Below are positions 11,077-20,671 of a stretch of DNA of 64,000 nucleotides, piece by piece. The position numbers were made by a program, and so were the translations under genes. This stretch comes from Salinactinospora qingdaonensis. Its GTDB lineage: Bacteria; Actinomycetota; Actinomycetes; Streptosporangiales; Streptosporangiaceae. The notes below the pieces were generated by a model. The model saw only the letters and a program-made list of their open reading frames with translations. It was not told the origin of the DNA and did not search any database. Location: contig NZ_BAABDD010000001.1 of assembly GCF_039539445.1 (NCBI RefSeq), positions 444,103-508,102 on the forward strand. Reading direction: 5' to 3'. Positions within the stretch are counted from its first letter, which is position 1, and each line of letters opens with the position of its first letter.

Positions 11077-11289
11077 AACAAGCAAAGTGCCAGATTCCCG
11101 GTGGCCGATGCGATGCTTTCGTTGCGGCGTCAAATCATCAGCCGGCCTCGCAGCGGTCGCACGCGGTGCTGTCGTGGCGGCGGTGCCCGGTCACCAAGGG
11201 GGCCGATGTACGGTAGGGACTCCTCCGCCTGATCAACCGGTGATCCGAAATATCGGGCCGGCCTGCGCCAGCCGACGGTTCTGCGGTGT

Positions 11290-11809
11290 CCCATCGGTTG
11301 TCCCCCCGTGCTGTCGCGGGAGTGCGCCGCGCCACTGGACCTGCTGCTGCTGGAGCGCCACGACAGCGGGCCGTTGGTGAGCTTCGACGTCAACTACCGC
11401 CCGAAACTGTGGCCGCGCGGGAGTGAGTCCGGGCCCACGGGCGCCAGAACGGTTGCTGGAGTTGGCTCGATCCGCCGACGTGGTACTCGTGGGGCGCGAC
11501 GAGGCCGAGACTCTCTGGGCAACCACGACCGTCGATGAGATCCGCGGGCTCCTGCCTGACGTGGCCCAGTTAGTGGTCAAGGACGCCGAGTTCGGCGCCA
11601 CTGGCTTCGAGGCGGATGCGCGCAGCCACGTGGCCTCCCCACAGGTCGAGGTGATCGAACCGGTGGGCGCAGGTGATGCCTTTGCCGCGGGTGATCTGTC
11701 GGGGCTGCTGTCTGGGCGGAGCATGGTGCCACGGTTGTGCTCGGGGCACTTGTGCGCGGCGATGACGCTGCGCTGCACCGGTGACACGGCGCCCGCTTCC
11801 GGTTCCTGA
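11290..11809 (+). pseudogene. PfkB-family sugar kinase (2-dehydro-3-deoxygluconokinase-like) remnant, N-terminus missing and frameshifted
   Basis: Frame 1 has LVSFDVNYRPKLW (PfkB motif). Frame 2 has PVGAGDAFAAG (PfkB ATP motif). No N-terminal about 100 aa. The two pieces are in different frames. Confidence 0.55.
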
Positions 11810-12115
11810 GACAGCCGAGCGGCTCTGGCCGTGCCGGAGGCGAGTTGGGTGGCGGAAGCCTCGGCGGCGCTCGCCTTGAGCTAAGGGCGGTAGCCGCCTG
11901 CGGCAGAGGTGGCGCCGGCCCCGGCAACGGGTGGTGAGAAATCTGGCCGCGGGTGGCGATGACACCCCAGTGAAGCGCGTCGTTTGTCGGTGCTCAAAAG
12001 CCGCGCTGTCGAAAAATCCCCGTCAGCAGCAGCTATAAGTTGCACAATAAGAAACAGCGGAATATCGCCGTAATCCTTTACACACAGACTTTCAATCGCT
12101 ATTATTGCCAAGCTT

Positions 12116-12129
12116 TGGGAGCGCTCCCA
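12116..12129. promoter_or_regulatory. CelR/CebR-type operator palindrome TGGGAGCGCTCCCA
   Basis: Perfect 14-bp inverted repeat about 50 bp upstream of the CBM2-SGNH esterase start. It matches the known LacI-family CelR (Thermobifida) / CebR (Streptomyces) cellulase-regulon box. Confidence 0.6.
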
Positions 12130-12176
12130 ATAGGGCTCTCATCATCCCCCAGCAAATCTTTCGCAAGGAGAGATGG

Positions 12177-13274
12177 ATGCGCGAAAAATCCGGATGGGCC
12201 GCAGCGGGGTTCGGCCGGTTAGCGGCAGTGGCCGTTCTCTCGCTCGGCGCCGGCCTGCTGTATACCCCGGCGGCCTCGGCGGCGGCCCAGTGCGAGGCCG
12301 ACTACACGGTGACCAACGATTGGGGCAGCGGCTTTACCGCCCAGGTCACTGTCACCAACGCCGGCGACGCCAGCGGCTCTGACTGGACAGTCACCTGGAC
12401 CTTCCCCGGCGACCAGCAGATCACCAACCCATGGAACGGTTCGGTGACCCAGGACGGCCAGGAGGTGACCGCGACGAGCGCCGGCTGGAACAGCGAGGTC
12501 GCCCCAGGCAGCAGCGCATCGCTGGGGTTCCAGGCGACCTACTCCGGCTCCAACACCGCACCCGCCGATGTCAGTTGCACCTTCGCCAACGGCGGAGACG
12601 ACGGAGGTGACGATGGTGGAGACGACGGAGGCGATGACGGCGGAGACGACGGGGGTGACACCGCCACCCGGATCATGCCGTTGGGCGACTCCATCACCGG
12701 CTCTCCCGGTTGCTGGCGCGCGCTGCTCTGGCAGGAGCTGCAAAACAGTGGCTACACCAACATCGACTTCGTAGGCAGCCTGCCCGAACAGGGCTGTGGT
12801 GTCGCTCACGACGGCGACAACGAGGGCCACGGGGGCGCGCTGGTGACCAACGTCGCCAACCAGGGACAACTGGTGGGCTGGCTCGACCAGACCAATCCCG
12901 ACATCGTCATGATGCACTTCGGCACCAACGATGTCTGGAGTGCGGTGGACACGCAGACCATCCTGGATGCCTACAGCACGCTGGTGGCCCAGATGCGGGC
13001 GAATAACCCGAACATGACGATCCTGGTGGCCCAGATCATCCCGATGGACTCCGCGCAGAGCTGCTCGACCTGTGCCCAAGGTGTTCAGGAGCTCAACGCC
13101 GCCATCCCCGACTGGGCAGCCGCCGAGAGCACGACGCAGTCCCCGGTCGTGGTGGTGGACCAGTGGACCGGTTTCGACACTGCCACCGACACCTACGACG
13201 GGGTGCACCCCAACGACTCCGGTAACGAGAAGATCGCCGAGGACTGGTTCGACGCGCTGGACTCCATCCTCTAG
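12177..13274 (+). CDS. secreted CBM2 (cellulose-binding) - Gly/Asp linker - SGNH/GDSL hydrolase (carbohydrate esterase)
   Basis: RBS AAGGAGAG then ATG at 12177. Signal peptide AAVAVLSLGAGLL..ASAAAQ. CBM2 motifs CEADYTVTNDWGSGF, WTVTWTF. (GGDD)n linker. GDS block MPLGDSIT and DGVHPN. Confidence 0.8.
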   Translation: MREKSGWAAAGFGRLAAVAVLSLGAGLLYTPAASAAAQCEADYTVTNDWGSGFTAQVTVTNAGDASGSDWTVTWTFPGDQQITNPWNGSVTQDGQEVTATSAGWNSEVAPGSSASLGFQATYSGSNTAPADVSCTFANGGDDGGDDGGDDGGDDGGDDGGDTATRIMPLGDSITGSPGCWRALLWQELQNSGYTNIDFVGSLPEQGCGVAHDGDNEGHGGALVTNVANQGQLVGWLDQTNPDIVMMHFGTNDVWSAVDTQTILDAYSTLVAQMRANNPNMTILVAQIIPMDSAQSCSTCAQGVQELNAAIPDWAAAESTTQSPVVVVDQWTGFDTATDTYDGVHPNDSGNEKIAEDWFDALDSIL

Positions 13275-13774
13275 CGACACGGCCGGTTCCTCACGGCAGA
13301 GCGGTCATCGGCCGGGACGGTACCTCCTGTGCCGTCCCGGCCAAGCGCGCGCCACCAGGACTTTGGGGCGTGCGACGACAACAGCGACCTCCCACCGAAG
13401 CACGGAAGGCGAGCCCCGAACCACACCATCGGCGGCGTGCTCCAAAGGGCGTGTAGCTGGGCGGCGATGTCGGCCAGCGCTCCCCTTTCACCGCCGGCGC
13501 CTCGCACAGCCGGCCCGGCGCTTTGGACTCCGTGCCGGGCACCGTCTGCACCCTGTTTCTCACTCCCACCAGTGAGCCGGGCACTCCCCTGCGGAGCGGG
13601 CAGCTCCATGCTTATGGCTGGAAGCGGGGCCCCTGGGCCGAAATAGCGCTTATTCGCTGGTCAACGGGGATTAGAGAGCCGGTGGAAATTTTTCGGCGAA
13701 AAATCGTTGTCCCCGGCAGGGTCGGTGGCTCTTACAGGTGTACGCGCAACAACCGTCCACACCGAGGAGCACTC

Positions 13775-14593
13775 GTGCGTAAGTTCACCTCCCGCGCCAT
13801 CGCCCTTTCCGCGCTGTGCGCCACTTCCACCCTGCTGAGCCCGCTGACCGCTGTGCCGGCCGCTGCCTCCCCCTCCTGGCCCATCGGGGAGGACTTTCCC
13901 GGCCCCGGCGGCCTGGGCGGTAACCCGTCGATCGATATCCCCACGGACGTTCCCAGCGGTCCCGAACCCTCGGGCGAAGACTCGGGCCTCGCGGATGTTC
14001 CCGTCGAGGAACTGCCCATGCCGGACGATCTCGTCGAGGACGGCTGCTGGTTTGAGACTCCCGGCTACTGCCCTCCCGACCCGCCGACGGACTTTCCCAC
14101 CGATCTCCCCACGGACCTGCCTACCGACTTCCCTACCGATTTCCCCACTGACTGGCCTACCTTCTGGCCGTCCGAGGAGCCTTCGGAGGAACCGTCCGAC
14201 GAGCCCTCGGATGAGCCCTCCGACGAGCCTTCAGATGAGCCTTCAGATGAACCCTCCGACGAACCCTCCGACGAGCCTTCAGATAAGCCTTCAGATGAAC
14301 CCTCCGACGAACCCTCCGACGAGCCTTCAGATAAGCCTTCAGATGAACCCTCCGACGAACCCTCCGACGAGCCTTCAGATGAACCCTCCGACGAACCCAC
14401 TCCGGATGACGAGCGCACTCCCGAGGACGGCACCACCACGCCCGACGGTAAAGACGGTCTCCAGGGCCTGCCGGTGACCGGTCCTGGAGCAGCCTTTCTG
14501 TTCGTAGGCGGCGCCGGACTGGTGATCTGCGGCGGGGCCGCCTTCTGGATCTTTCGGCGCCGCGAGGACCACGACGACGCGCTTCTCGACTGA
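13775..14593 (+). CDS. LPxTG cell-wall-anchored surface protein with (EPSD)n tandem repeats
   Basis: GTG start after GAGGAG RBS. Signal peptide. 20+ copies of EPSDEPSD(E/K)PSD. Sortase motif LPVTG followed by a hydrophobic stretch and RRRE tail. Confidence 0.7.
   Translation: MRKFTSRAIALSALCATSTLLSPLTAVPAAASPSWPIGEDFPGPGGLGGNPSIDIPTDVPSGPEPSGEDSGLADVPVEELPMPDDLVEDGCWFETPGYCPPDPPTDFPTDLPTDLPTDFPTDFPTDWPTFWPSEEPSEEPSDEPSDEPSDEPSDEPSDEPSDEPSDEPSDKPSDEPSDEPSDEPSDKPSDEPSDEPSDEPSDEPSDEPTPDDERTPEDGTTTPDGKDGLQGLPVTGPGAAFLFVGGAGLVICGGAAFWIFRRREDHDDALLD
14160..14400 (+). repeat. 12-nt tandem coding repeat (GAGCC(C/T)TC(G/A)GAT)n inside the LPxTG gene
   Basis: Directly visible as repeated gagccctcggat / gagccttcagat units. 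Confidence 0.7.
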
Positions 14594-14709
14594 GAAGCTC
14601 ACGGGGTGTCACCGCCCCTGCCGGCCACGGGCCGACAGGGGACCGGACCCAAGATGTTGTTACCCAATCGGCACTGACCACTATCCAGTGGCGAGGCTAG
14701 GTTCGGCGT

Positions 14710-16236
14710 ATGCGGGACGCTGAGATCGTGGACGCGATGCTCGCGGGAGAGCCACACGGGTTGGCGGAAGCCTACCGCTACTATGCGGACCGTCTCCACG
14801 ACTACTGCTTGAGACTGCTCGACGACTACGAGGCGGCAGCCGACGCCGTCCACGACACGTTCATCATCGCTGGAGAACGTGTGGGTCGTCTCCGGAACCC
14901 CGATGCGCTGCGGCCGTGGCTGTACGCAATCGCCCGATCTCAGTGTCACCGGGTGTTGCGCCGCCGCTCTCGCTTCGCCGCCTCGTTAGAGGAAATACCG
15001 GAGATGACCGACGAATCTCAGGAGACCCCCGAACGCGGCCTCCACCGCGAGGAGGTTCGCACCCTGGTGCGCGCGGCGATGGCCGGGCTCAACCCGCGCG
15101 AACGTGAGGTCATCGACTTGACGCTGCGTCACGAGTTGAGCGGCACCGAACTGGCGGGAGTGCTGGGGGTTCCCGCCAAGCAGGCCAACGCGGTCGCAGC
15201 CACGGCCCGCGCCCAACTAGAGCGTGCGTTGGGAACCCTACTGGTGGCCCGCACCCGCGGTAAGGACTGCCCGGAGTTGCGCACCTTGCTCGCTGACTGG
15301 GATGGCGAGTTCACGCCGCTGTGGCGTAAGCGCATCAACCGGCACCTGAAGTCGTGCCGGCGTTGTGAGGAGCAGCGCGGTGCCCTCCTCACCCCGGCGT
15401 CTCTCCTCAACGCGCTGCCTCTCGTAGCGGCACCGCCGGAACTGTACGAGCAGCTCATGTCCAGCACCAGCGATACGGGGTTGGCCGGCCACAACAGCGA
15501 GTTCGCGGAGAAGGCGGGCACCTACGACCGGGATGGTTTTCCCGTGCAGGCGGGGCTGGGCGGCGGTGGCAGCTACTCGACGATCGCGATGTTCGTGACC
15601 GTCGGCGGGCTACTGCTCATGCTGATCGGTGGACTGCTCCTCCTGCCGGGGTTGTGGAGGTCCTACGTCGCGCCGTTGGATCCGATAGCGGCGCCTTCGG
15701 TGTCCTCGGCTGGGGAGCCGGCACCGTCCCCGGCGGGAGCTAGCGAATCCTCGACAGTAGCCGGAGCGAGTGCGGCCGAAACCTCAGCCCCTTCCACTCC
15801 CGCTCGGGAGAATACCCCCGGCTCGCCTCCTGGGGGCCAGGTAGCAGCTCCCGAAGAGCCCCCATCGCCCACGAGTGAGGAGCCGCTTGACGACGGCGTG
15901 AGCGGGTCCGTATCGGAATCGGCCACGGTTGAGGCGCCGGTGTCGGTGCTCGGGGCCACGGCTGAAGACGTCTCGCAGGGGTGCGGCGGCCCCTGGACCA
16001 TGAGCGTCTCGGCGCAGACGAGCATGGGCGCGACGTCGGTGGTGGTGAATTGGGAGTCAGCGTCGGCGAGTGGCCAGCAGCCAATGAGTACGGGTGCTGA
16101 GCCCGGAGTGTGGAGCGCCACAGTCGGCGGGCTGCCGTTCGGCGAGTCGGTGAGGTGGTGGGTGAGCGCGTCAGGCCCCGGAGGCACCGACACCGGAACC
16201 CAGCAGAAGCTGAGCCAACTCCCCTGCGTGTACTGA
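14710..16236 (+). CDS. ECF sigma factor fused to a zinc-finger anti-sigma / transmembrane / extracytoplasmic domain
   Basis: 508 aa. Region 2 DAVHDTFIIAGERVGRL...PWLYAIARSQC. Region 4 LNPREREVIDLTLRHELSGTELAGVLGVP. Then HLKSCRRCEE (ZAS-like motif), a TM helix IAMFVTVGGLLLMLIGGLLLL, and a Pro/Ser-rich extracellular region. Confidence 0.7.
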   Translation: MRDAEIVDAMLAGEPHGLAEAYRYYADRLHDYCLRLLDDYEAAADAVHDTFIIAGERVGRLRNPDALRPWLYAIARSQCHRVLRRRSRFAASLEEIPEMTDESQETPERGLHREEVRTLVRAAMAGLNPREREVIDLTLRHELSGTELAGVLGVPAKQANAVAATARAQLERALGTLLVARTRGKDCPELRTLLADWDGEFTPLWRKRINRHLKSCRRCEEQRGALLTPASLLNALPLVAAPPELYEQLMSSTSDTGLAGHNSEFAEKAGTYDRDGFPVQAGLGGGGSYSTIAMFVTVGGLLLMLIGGLLLLPGLWRSYVAPLDPIAAPSVSSAGEPAPSPAGASESSTVAGASAAETSAPSTPARENTPGSPPGGQVAAPEEPPSPTSEEPLDDGVSGSVSESATVEAPVSVLGATAEDVSQGCGGPWTMSVSAQTSMGATSVVVNWESASASGQQPMSTGAEPGVWSATVGGLPFGESVRWWVSASGPGGTDTGTQQKLSQLPCVY

Positions 16237-16454
16237 CCCTCCAGTCGAGTCACGATGGCGGCGGCCTTCCCGAAAGGCCGCCGGCGCTGTCCCACAATGA
16301 ACCGTCGCAGTAGGCACCAAGGCTGCGGGGCAGACACCTGAACCACGGCGCGACCATGGGGGTGGAGCGGGCGGCGCAGCCACGGCTGTCGAGTGGGAAC
16401 GGGCGAACTCGCCGGACTAAGCTGGCTAGAGTCGGTTGATCCAGGAGAACGGCC

Positions 16455-19427
16455 ATGTTCGAGTTCCGCGTGCTCGGCGCGTTGGAGATCACCCGCGACG
16501 GTGTGCGGGTGCCTGTGCCGAGCCGTCGGCAACGAGCCCTGCTCGTTCGGCTACTGGTAGGGGACGGACGTGTGGTGCCCGCCGACGACCTCATCACGGC
16601 CGTGTGGGAGGACGATCCCCCGCGGCGGGCGCAGCACGCCCTGCACACCCAGGTATCGCGACTACGTAGCCTGCTCGCCCCGGCCTGTGAACTCGTGGTG
16701 ACCCAGCCGCCGGGCTACGCCCTCCCCGTAGCCCCCGAGACGGTCGACGCACGGCGCTTCGAAGCTGCGATCGAGCGGGCACGCGCCCTGCTGGCCGAGA
16801 CTCCCACTGCGGCGGCCGAGACTTTCAACGCGGCGTTGACATTGTGGCGCGGCCCGGCCTACGCCGAGTTCGCAGAGTCGTTCGCGCAAGCTGCGGCGGT
16901 GCGCCTGGAGGAGCTCCGGCGCGCTGCTCGCGAGGAGCGGTGCGAGGCGCTGCTGGCAGCAGGGGAGCCAGAGCGGGCCGTAAGCGAACTCGGCGCCGTG
17001 GTGGCGGCTCACCCGCTACGGGAACGTCCGCACGGCCAGCTCATGCGGGCACTGTCGCTGACCGGCCGCCAGTCCGAAGCGCTACGCGTCTACCGCGACT
17101 TCCAGCAGCGTCAACGCGACGAGTTGGGGGTGGACCCCTCGCCCGCGCTGGGCCGGCTGCATGAACAGGTACTGCGCCACGAGATCGAGCGGTCTGCGGC
17201 GGCTCCGCCAAGGGGCGACGTCAGTGAACAGGAACCGGGGGCGACGACGGCGATCCCCACACCGTTGACCGGCTTTGTGGGGCGGGCGGCGGAACTACAC
17301 ACGTTGGGCGAGCTGATCGAGGAAAACCGTATCGTCACGCTGGTGGGGCCGGGCGGTATAGGCAAAACCCGACTCGCGTGGGAGTTGGCGCTACGACTGT
17401 CCAAAGCTTCCCGCCCGGTGTGGTGGGTGGACCTCAGCCCGGCGGGAGAGGCTGCCGATGTCGTCCACCGCTTCAGCCGCGCGTTGGGACTGCACGAACC
17501 GGCCGAAGGAGATATGGCGGAGTTCCTGGTTGAGGCGTTACGTGGCGTGAACGGCGTCATCGTGGTCGACAACTGCGAGCATGTCGTGTGTGCGGTCGCC
17601 GGACTGCTGGAACGGATCGCGCAGTGGTGCCCGGGCGCGGTTCTGTTGGCCACCAGCCGTGAACGACTCGCGGTACCCGGTGAGCGGGTGATGGCGGTCT
17701 CGTCGTTGCCCACCGTTGAACACTCCGGCGAGGCGGGACGGTGGGAAAGTGCCGCGGTGGCGCTGTTCGTGGACCGGCTCCATTCCTCGGGCGGCCCCGA
17801 CTTGGACAGTGGCGATATGGCGCTGGTGGCTGAGCTGTGCCGGCGGTTAGACGGGTTGCCGCTGGCTATCGAGTTGGCCGCGGCACGTTCCCGCAGTTTG
17901 GGGCTCGCTGCGATGGCCGAGCGTTCCCCGCTGGAGTTGTTGGGCGGTGGCCGCGGTGACGAGGGGCGCCACCGCAGCGTACGCGCGGTCTTGGACTGGT
18001 CGTACGACCTACTGTCGGCTGAGGAACGGGCGCTGCTGCGCCGGCTGACCGTATTCAACGGGCACTTCACCCTCGACGACGCCGAGCGGGTGTGCGCCGA
18101 CGAGTACCTCGAAAGCCGCCGGGTCGCGGTGTGTCTGGCCGGTCTCGTGGACAAGTCGATGGTGGCCGGACCGGAACGGGACCGCTACCGGCTACTCGAC
18201 ACGGTGCGGGCCTACGCGAGCGAGCGGTTGACTGAGCAGGAAGATACCGCTCTGCTCGACGCGGCGCACGCCCGCCACTTCGTAGAGATGGCCGAACGGG
18301 CCGCGCAGGAACTGCGCACCCCGGAGGAGCCGGTGTGGGTAGCCCGGATCACCGAGCGTCTCGACGAGTTCCGGATCGTGCACCGGTGGGCGTGTGCCAA
18401 CGACGTCGACCTGGCGGTACGGCTATCCGCGGCGCTGGCCGGCTACGCCGGATACCGGATGCGCTTCGAGGTCCAGGAGTGGGCCGAGACCGCGGCGGCG
18501 CTGCCGGGGGCCGCGCAGCATCCGCTGCGGGCGGCGGCGCTGGCCTCGGCCGCCAACGGGGCGTGGGGGCGCGGCGACTTCTCGCGCGCGGCGGAGTTGG
18601 CCAGGCAGGGCCTGGCCGCGGCTGCGGGCGGCTCCCCTGTGCTGGCCGCCGCGTCGCTGCTTGTCCTCGGCGACGTCGCGCTGCTGGAGGGCAAGTTCGT
18701 TGAGGCCGCTGAAACCTACGGTGCGGTGGCAGGGGCTGCCGGTGACGACGATTTGGTCAGTGCCGCTGAAGCGCTGGGCAGCCAGGCGGTGGCGCTGAGC
18801 TACCAGGGCGACACCACCGAGGCGCTGCCTCTGGCGGACGCAGCCCGCCGTGTGGCCCAGGAACTGGGGGCGCCCGGGCCGATCGCGCTGTCGCTGTACT
18901 TCTCGGGCGAGTGCCGGCTGGTCGACGCTCCGGAGCGGGCGCTAGAACTGCTGTCGCAGTCGCGGCGACTGGCTGCGGAGGTGGATGCGGTGTTCATCAC
19001 CGGAGTCGCAACCGTGTCGTCGGTGTCGTTGCGGGCGCGCGCGGCGAGTGACCCGGTGGCGGCCCTGGCCGCCTACCGGGAAGCGGTCGAACACTGGCGT
19101 CGGATCGGCAACCGGACGCAGCAGTGGGTGACGCTGCGCAACGTGGTCCCGTTGCTGGTGCGAGCGGGCCAGGAGGAGACAGCGTGCCTGCTGCACGGTG
19201 CCCTGGCAGCGGCCCCGGCTCGGCTGCCCGACGACGCGCCCGAAGCCTCGCCGCTGGCCGCTGCCATCGCTCGAGCACGGCGGCTGCTGGGCGACGCGGC
19301 GGCCGAGGCCGCCCAGCAGCGAGGCCGTCGGGCGGGCCTGGACGATCTGGTCAACCGCGTTCTGGCCGCGGTCGAGGCCGCGGCGGCCGGACGAGTGCCT
19401 GTGGATCAGGCGGGGTCGAGCCGGTAG
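16455..19427 (+). CDS. second AfsR/SARP-family regulator (BTAD + NB-ARC + TPR)
   Basis: 990 aa. FRVLGALEITRDGVRVPV...RALLVRLL BTAD domain. P-loop GPGGIGKTRLA. Confidence 0.85.
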   Translation: MFEFRVLGALEITRDGVRVPVPSRRQRALLVRLLVGDGRVVPADDLITAVWEDDPPRRAQHALHTQVSRLRSLLAPACELVVTQPPGYALPVAPETVDARRFEAAIERARALLAETPTAAAETFNAALTLWRGPAYAEFAESFAQAAAVRLEELRRAAREERCEALLAAGEPERAVSELGAVVAAHPLRERPHGQLMRALSLTGRQSEALRVYRDFQQRQRDELGVDPSPALGRLHEQVLRHEIERSAAAPPRGDVSEQEPGATTAIPTPLTGFVGRAAELHTLGELIEENRIVTLVGPGGIGKTRLAWELALRLSKASRPVWWVDLSPAGEAADVVHRFSRALGLHEPAEGDMAEFLVEALRGVNGVIVVDNCEHVVCAVAGLLERIAQWCPGAVLLATSRERLAVPGERVMAVSSLPTVEHSGEAGRWESAAVALFVDRLHSSGGPDLDSGDMALVAELCRRLDGLPLAIELAAARSRSLGLAAMAERSPLELLGGGRGDEGRHRSVRAVLDWSYDLLSAEERALLRRLTVFNGHFTLDDAERVCADEYLESRRVAVCLAGLVDKSMVAGPERDRYRLLDTVRAYASERLTEQEDTALLDAAHARHFVEMAERAAQELRTPEEPVWVARITERLDEFRIVHRWACANDVDLAVRLSAALAGYAGYRMRFEVQEWAETAAALPGAAQHPLRAAALASAANGAWGRGDFSRAAELARQGLAAAAGGSPVLAAASLLVLGDVALLEGKFVEAAETYGAVAGAAGDDDLVSAAEALGSQAVALSYQGDTTEALPLADAARRVAQELGAPGPIALSLYFSGECRLVDAPERALELLSQSRRLAAEVDAVFITGVATVSSVSLRARAASDPVAALAAYREAVEHWRRIGNRTQQWVTLRNVVPLLVRAGQEETACLLHGALAAAPARLPDDAPEASPLAAAIARARRLLGDAAAEAAQQRGRRAGLDDLVNRVLAAVEAAAAGRVPVDQAGSSR

Positions 19428-20503
19428 AAGCGCCACAGGTCGTGCTCGATCGGCAGTTCCGCGCACTCGGCGAACCCCGCCTGCTGTGCATACGCGCAGA
19501 GGGTGTCGGGGCGCAGTACGGTCCCGGCCTCGACGGTGGCGCCCTCTGCCCGGGTCGCGGGCAGGCAGTGCAGCACGCTGAAGCCGTAGTTGAGCCGTTC
19601 CAGCAGGTCGCCGGGCGCTGTGAAGTGTTGGGCGACGCGCTCGTCGGCGATGAGCACCGCTCCCCCGTCTGTGAGGAGGCTACGCGCGGTGCGCAGCACC
19701 GCCACCGGGTCGGCCATGTCGTGGAACGCCTCGAAGACGCACACCAGGTCGTAGCCCGGGGCGGCCGCCTCGGGTGCGGCGGCGTCGGCGTGTTCAAAGG
19801 TGACACGCTCGCTCAGTCCAGAGCGCTGGGCGTTGGCGCGGGCCTCGTCGACGGAAGCCGCGTCGAGGTCGACGCCGTGCACGCTCACGGCAGGGAACGC
19901 CTCGGCGATCGCGATACTGGACCAGCCGGTGCCACACCCCAGGTCGAGTACGCGGGCGGGACCGGTGGTGAGGCGGGCGTGGATATCGGGCAGGGTGGCG
20001 ACCCATTCGGTGATCTGGCTGAGGTATCCCGGCCGGTTGACACCGGCGATGCCGTGGCGCGTGCCCGCCCCGTAGGTCTCGTAGCTGACGCCGCCGCCGC
20101 TGCGGAAGGCTTCGGCCACCTCGGGCAGCACCGTGACGAAGCTGGTGATGAAGCCGGGCAATGTGGCGACGTAGGCGGGGCTGTCCTCGTCGAGCAGGGC
20201 TTCGCGCGGGCCGTCGGGCAGCGTGAACACGCGAGCGTAGGGGTCGGTGTCGGTGTCCGCGGCGCGTACGAGCCCGACGACGGCCTGCTGCTCCAGCCAC
20301 TCGCGGGCGTAGCGCGGGTGGATACCGGCGCTCTCGGCCAGCCCGCGGGGATCGGTGGCACCTTCGGCGAGCACGCGGTACAGCCCTAGCCGCACGCCCA
20401 ACTCGGTACCGAGCACCTCCATCATCGTGGCGGCGTTACCGATGAACCGCTCGGCGGTCTCCTCTGCGGTGGGGGCCGTCCAGGTGGTCGCGTCGGTAGT
20501 CAT
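19406..20503 (-). CDS. class I SAM-dependent methyltransferase with N-terminal winged-helix/dimerisation domain
   Basis: 365 aa. SAM motif I VLDLGCGTGWSSIAIAE. Confidence 0.75.
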   Translation of the reverse strand: MTTDATTWTAPTAEETAERFIGNAATMMEVLGTELGVRLGLYRVLAEGATDPRGLAESAGIHPRYAREWLEQQAVVGLVRAADTDTDPYARVFTLPDGPREALLDEDSPAYVATLPGFITSFVTVLPEVAEAFRSGGGVSYETYGAGTRHGIAGVNRPGYLSQITEWVATLPDIHARLTTGPARVLDLGCGTGWSSIAIAEAFPAVSVHGVDLDAASVDEARANAQRSGLSERVTFEHADAAAPEAAAPGYDLVCVFEAFHDMADPVAVLRTARSLLTDGGAVLIADERVAQHFTAPGDLLERLNYGFSVLHCLPATRAEGATVEAGTVLRPDTLCAYAQQAGFAECAELPIEHDLWRFYRLDPA

Positions 20504-20671
20504 GGGTGACCTCCTTGAGATCGGTCAGAGTCTGGTTGTCAGGTTCACTGCCCCGGCTCACAGCCGGCTCACGCCGCACTCCCAACCTGGTGTGAGCCCG
20601 GTGAAAGCGGGGTGTGAGCCGGGGGCGGTGCCATAGCGAATGCAACCGAGTGGCCGACCAAGACTGAGGAG

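Noticed and set aside
11130-11965. Minus-strand ORFs 11233..11787, 11570..11965 and 11577..11927 overlapping the PfkB remnant.
   Set aside because: Their translations are Arg/Pro-rich and repetitive. The plus-strand frames carry genuine PfkB motifs, so the locus is better explained as a decayed kinase gene.
12590-12665. GGDDGGDDGGDD DNA repeat, and the EPSD repeat at 14160..14400, examined as possible CRISPR or satellite arrays.
   Set aside because: Both are in-frame coding repeats (an inter-domain linker and a surface-protein repeat). Units are 12 nt with no spacers and no cas genes.
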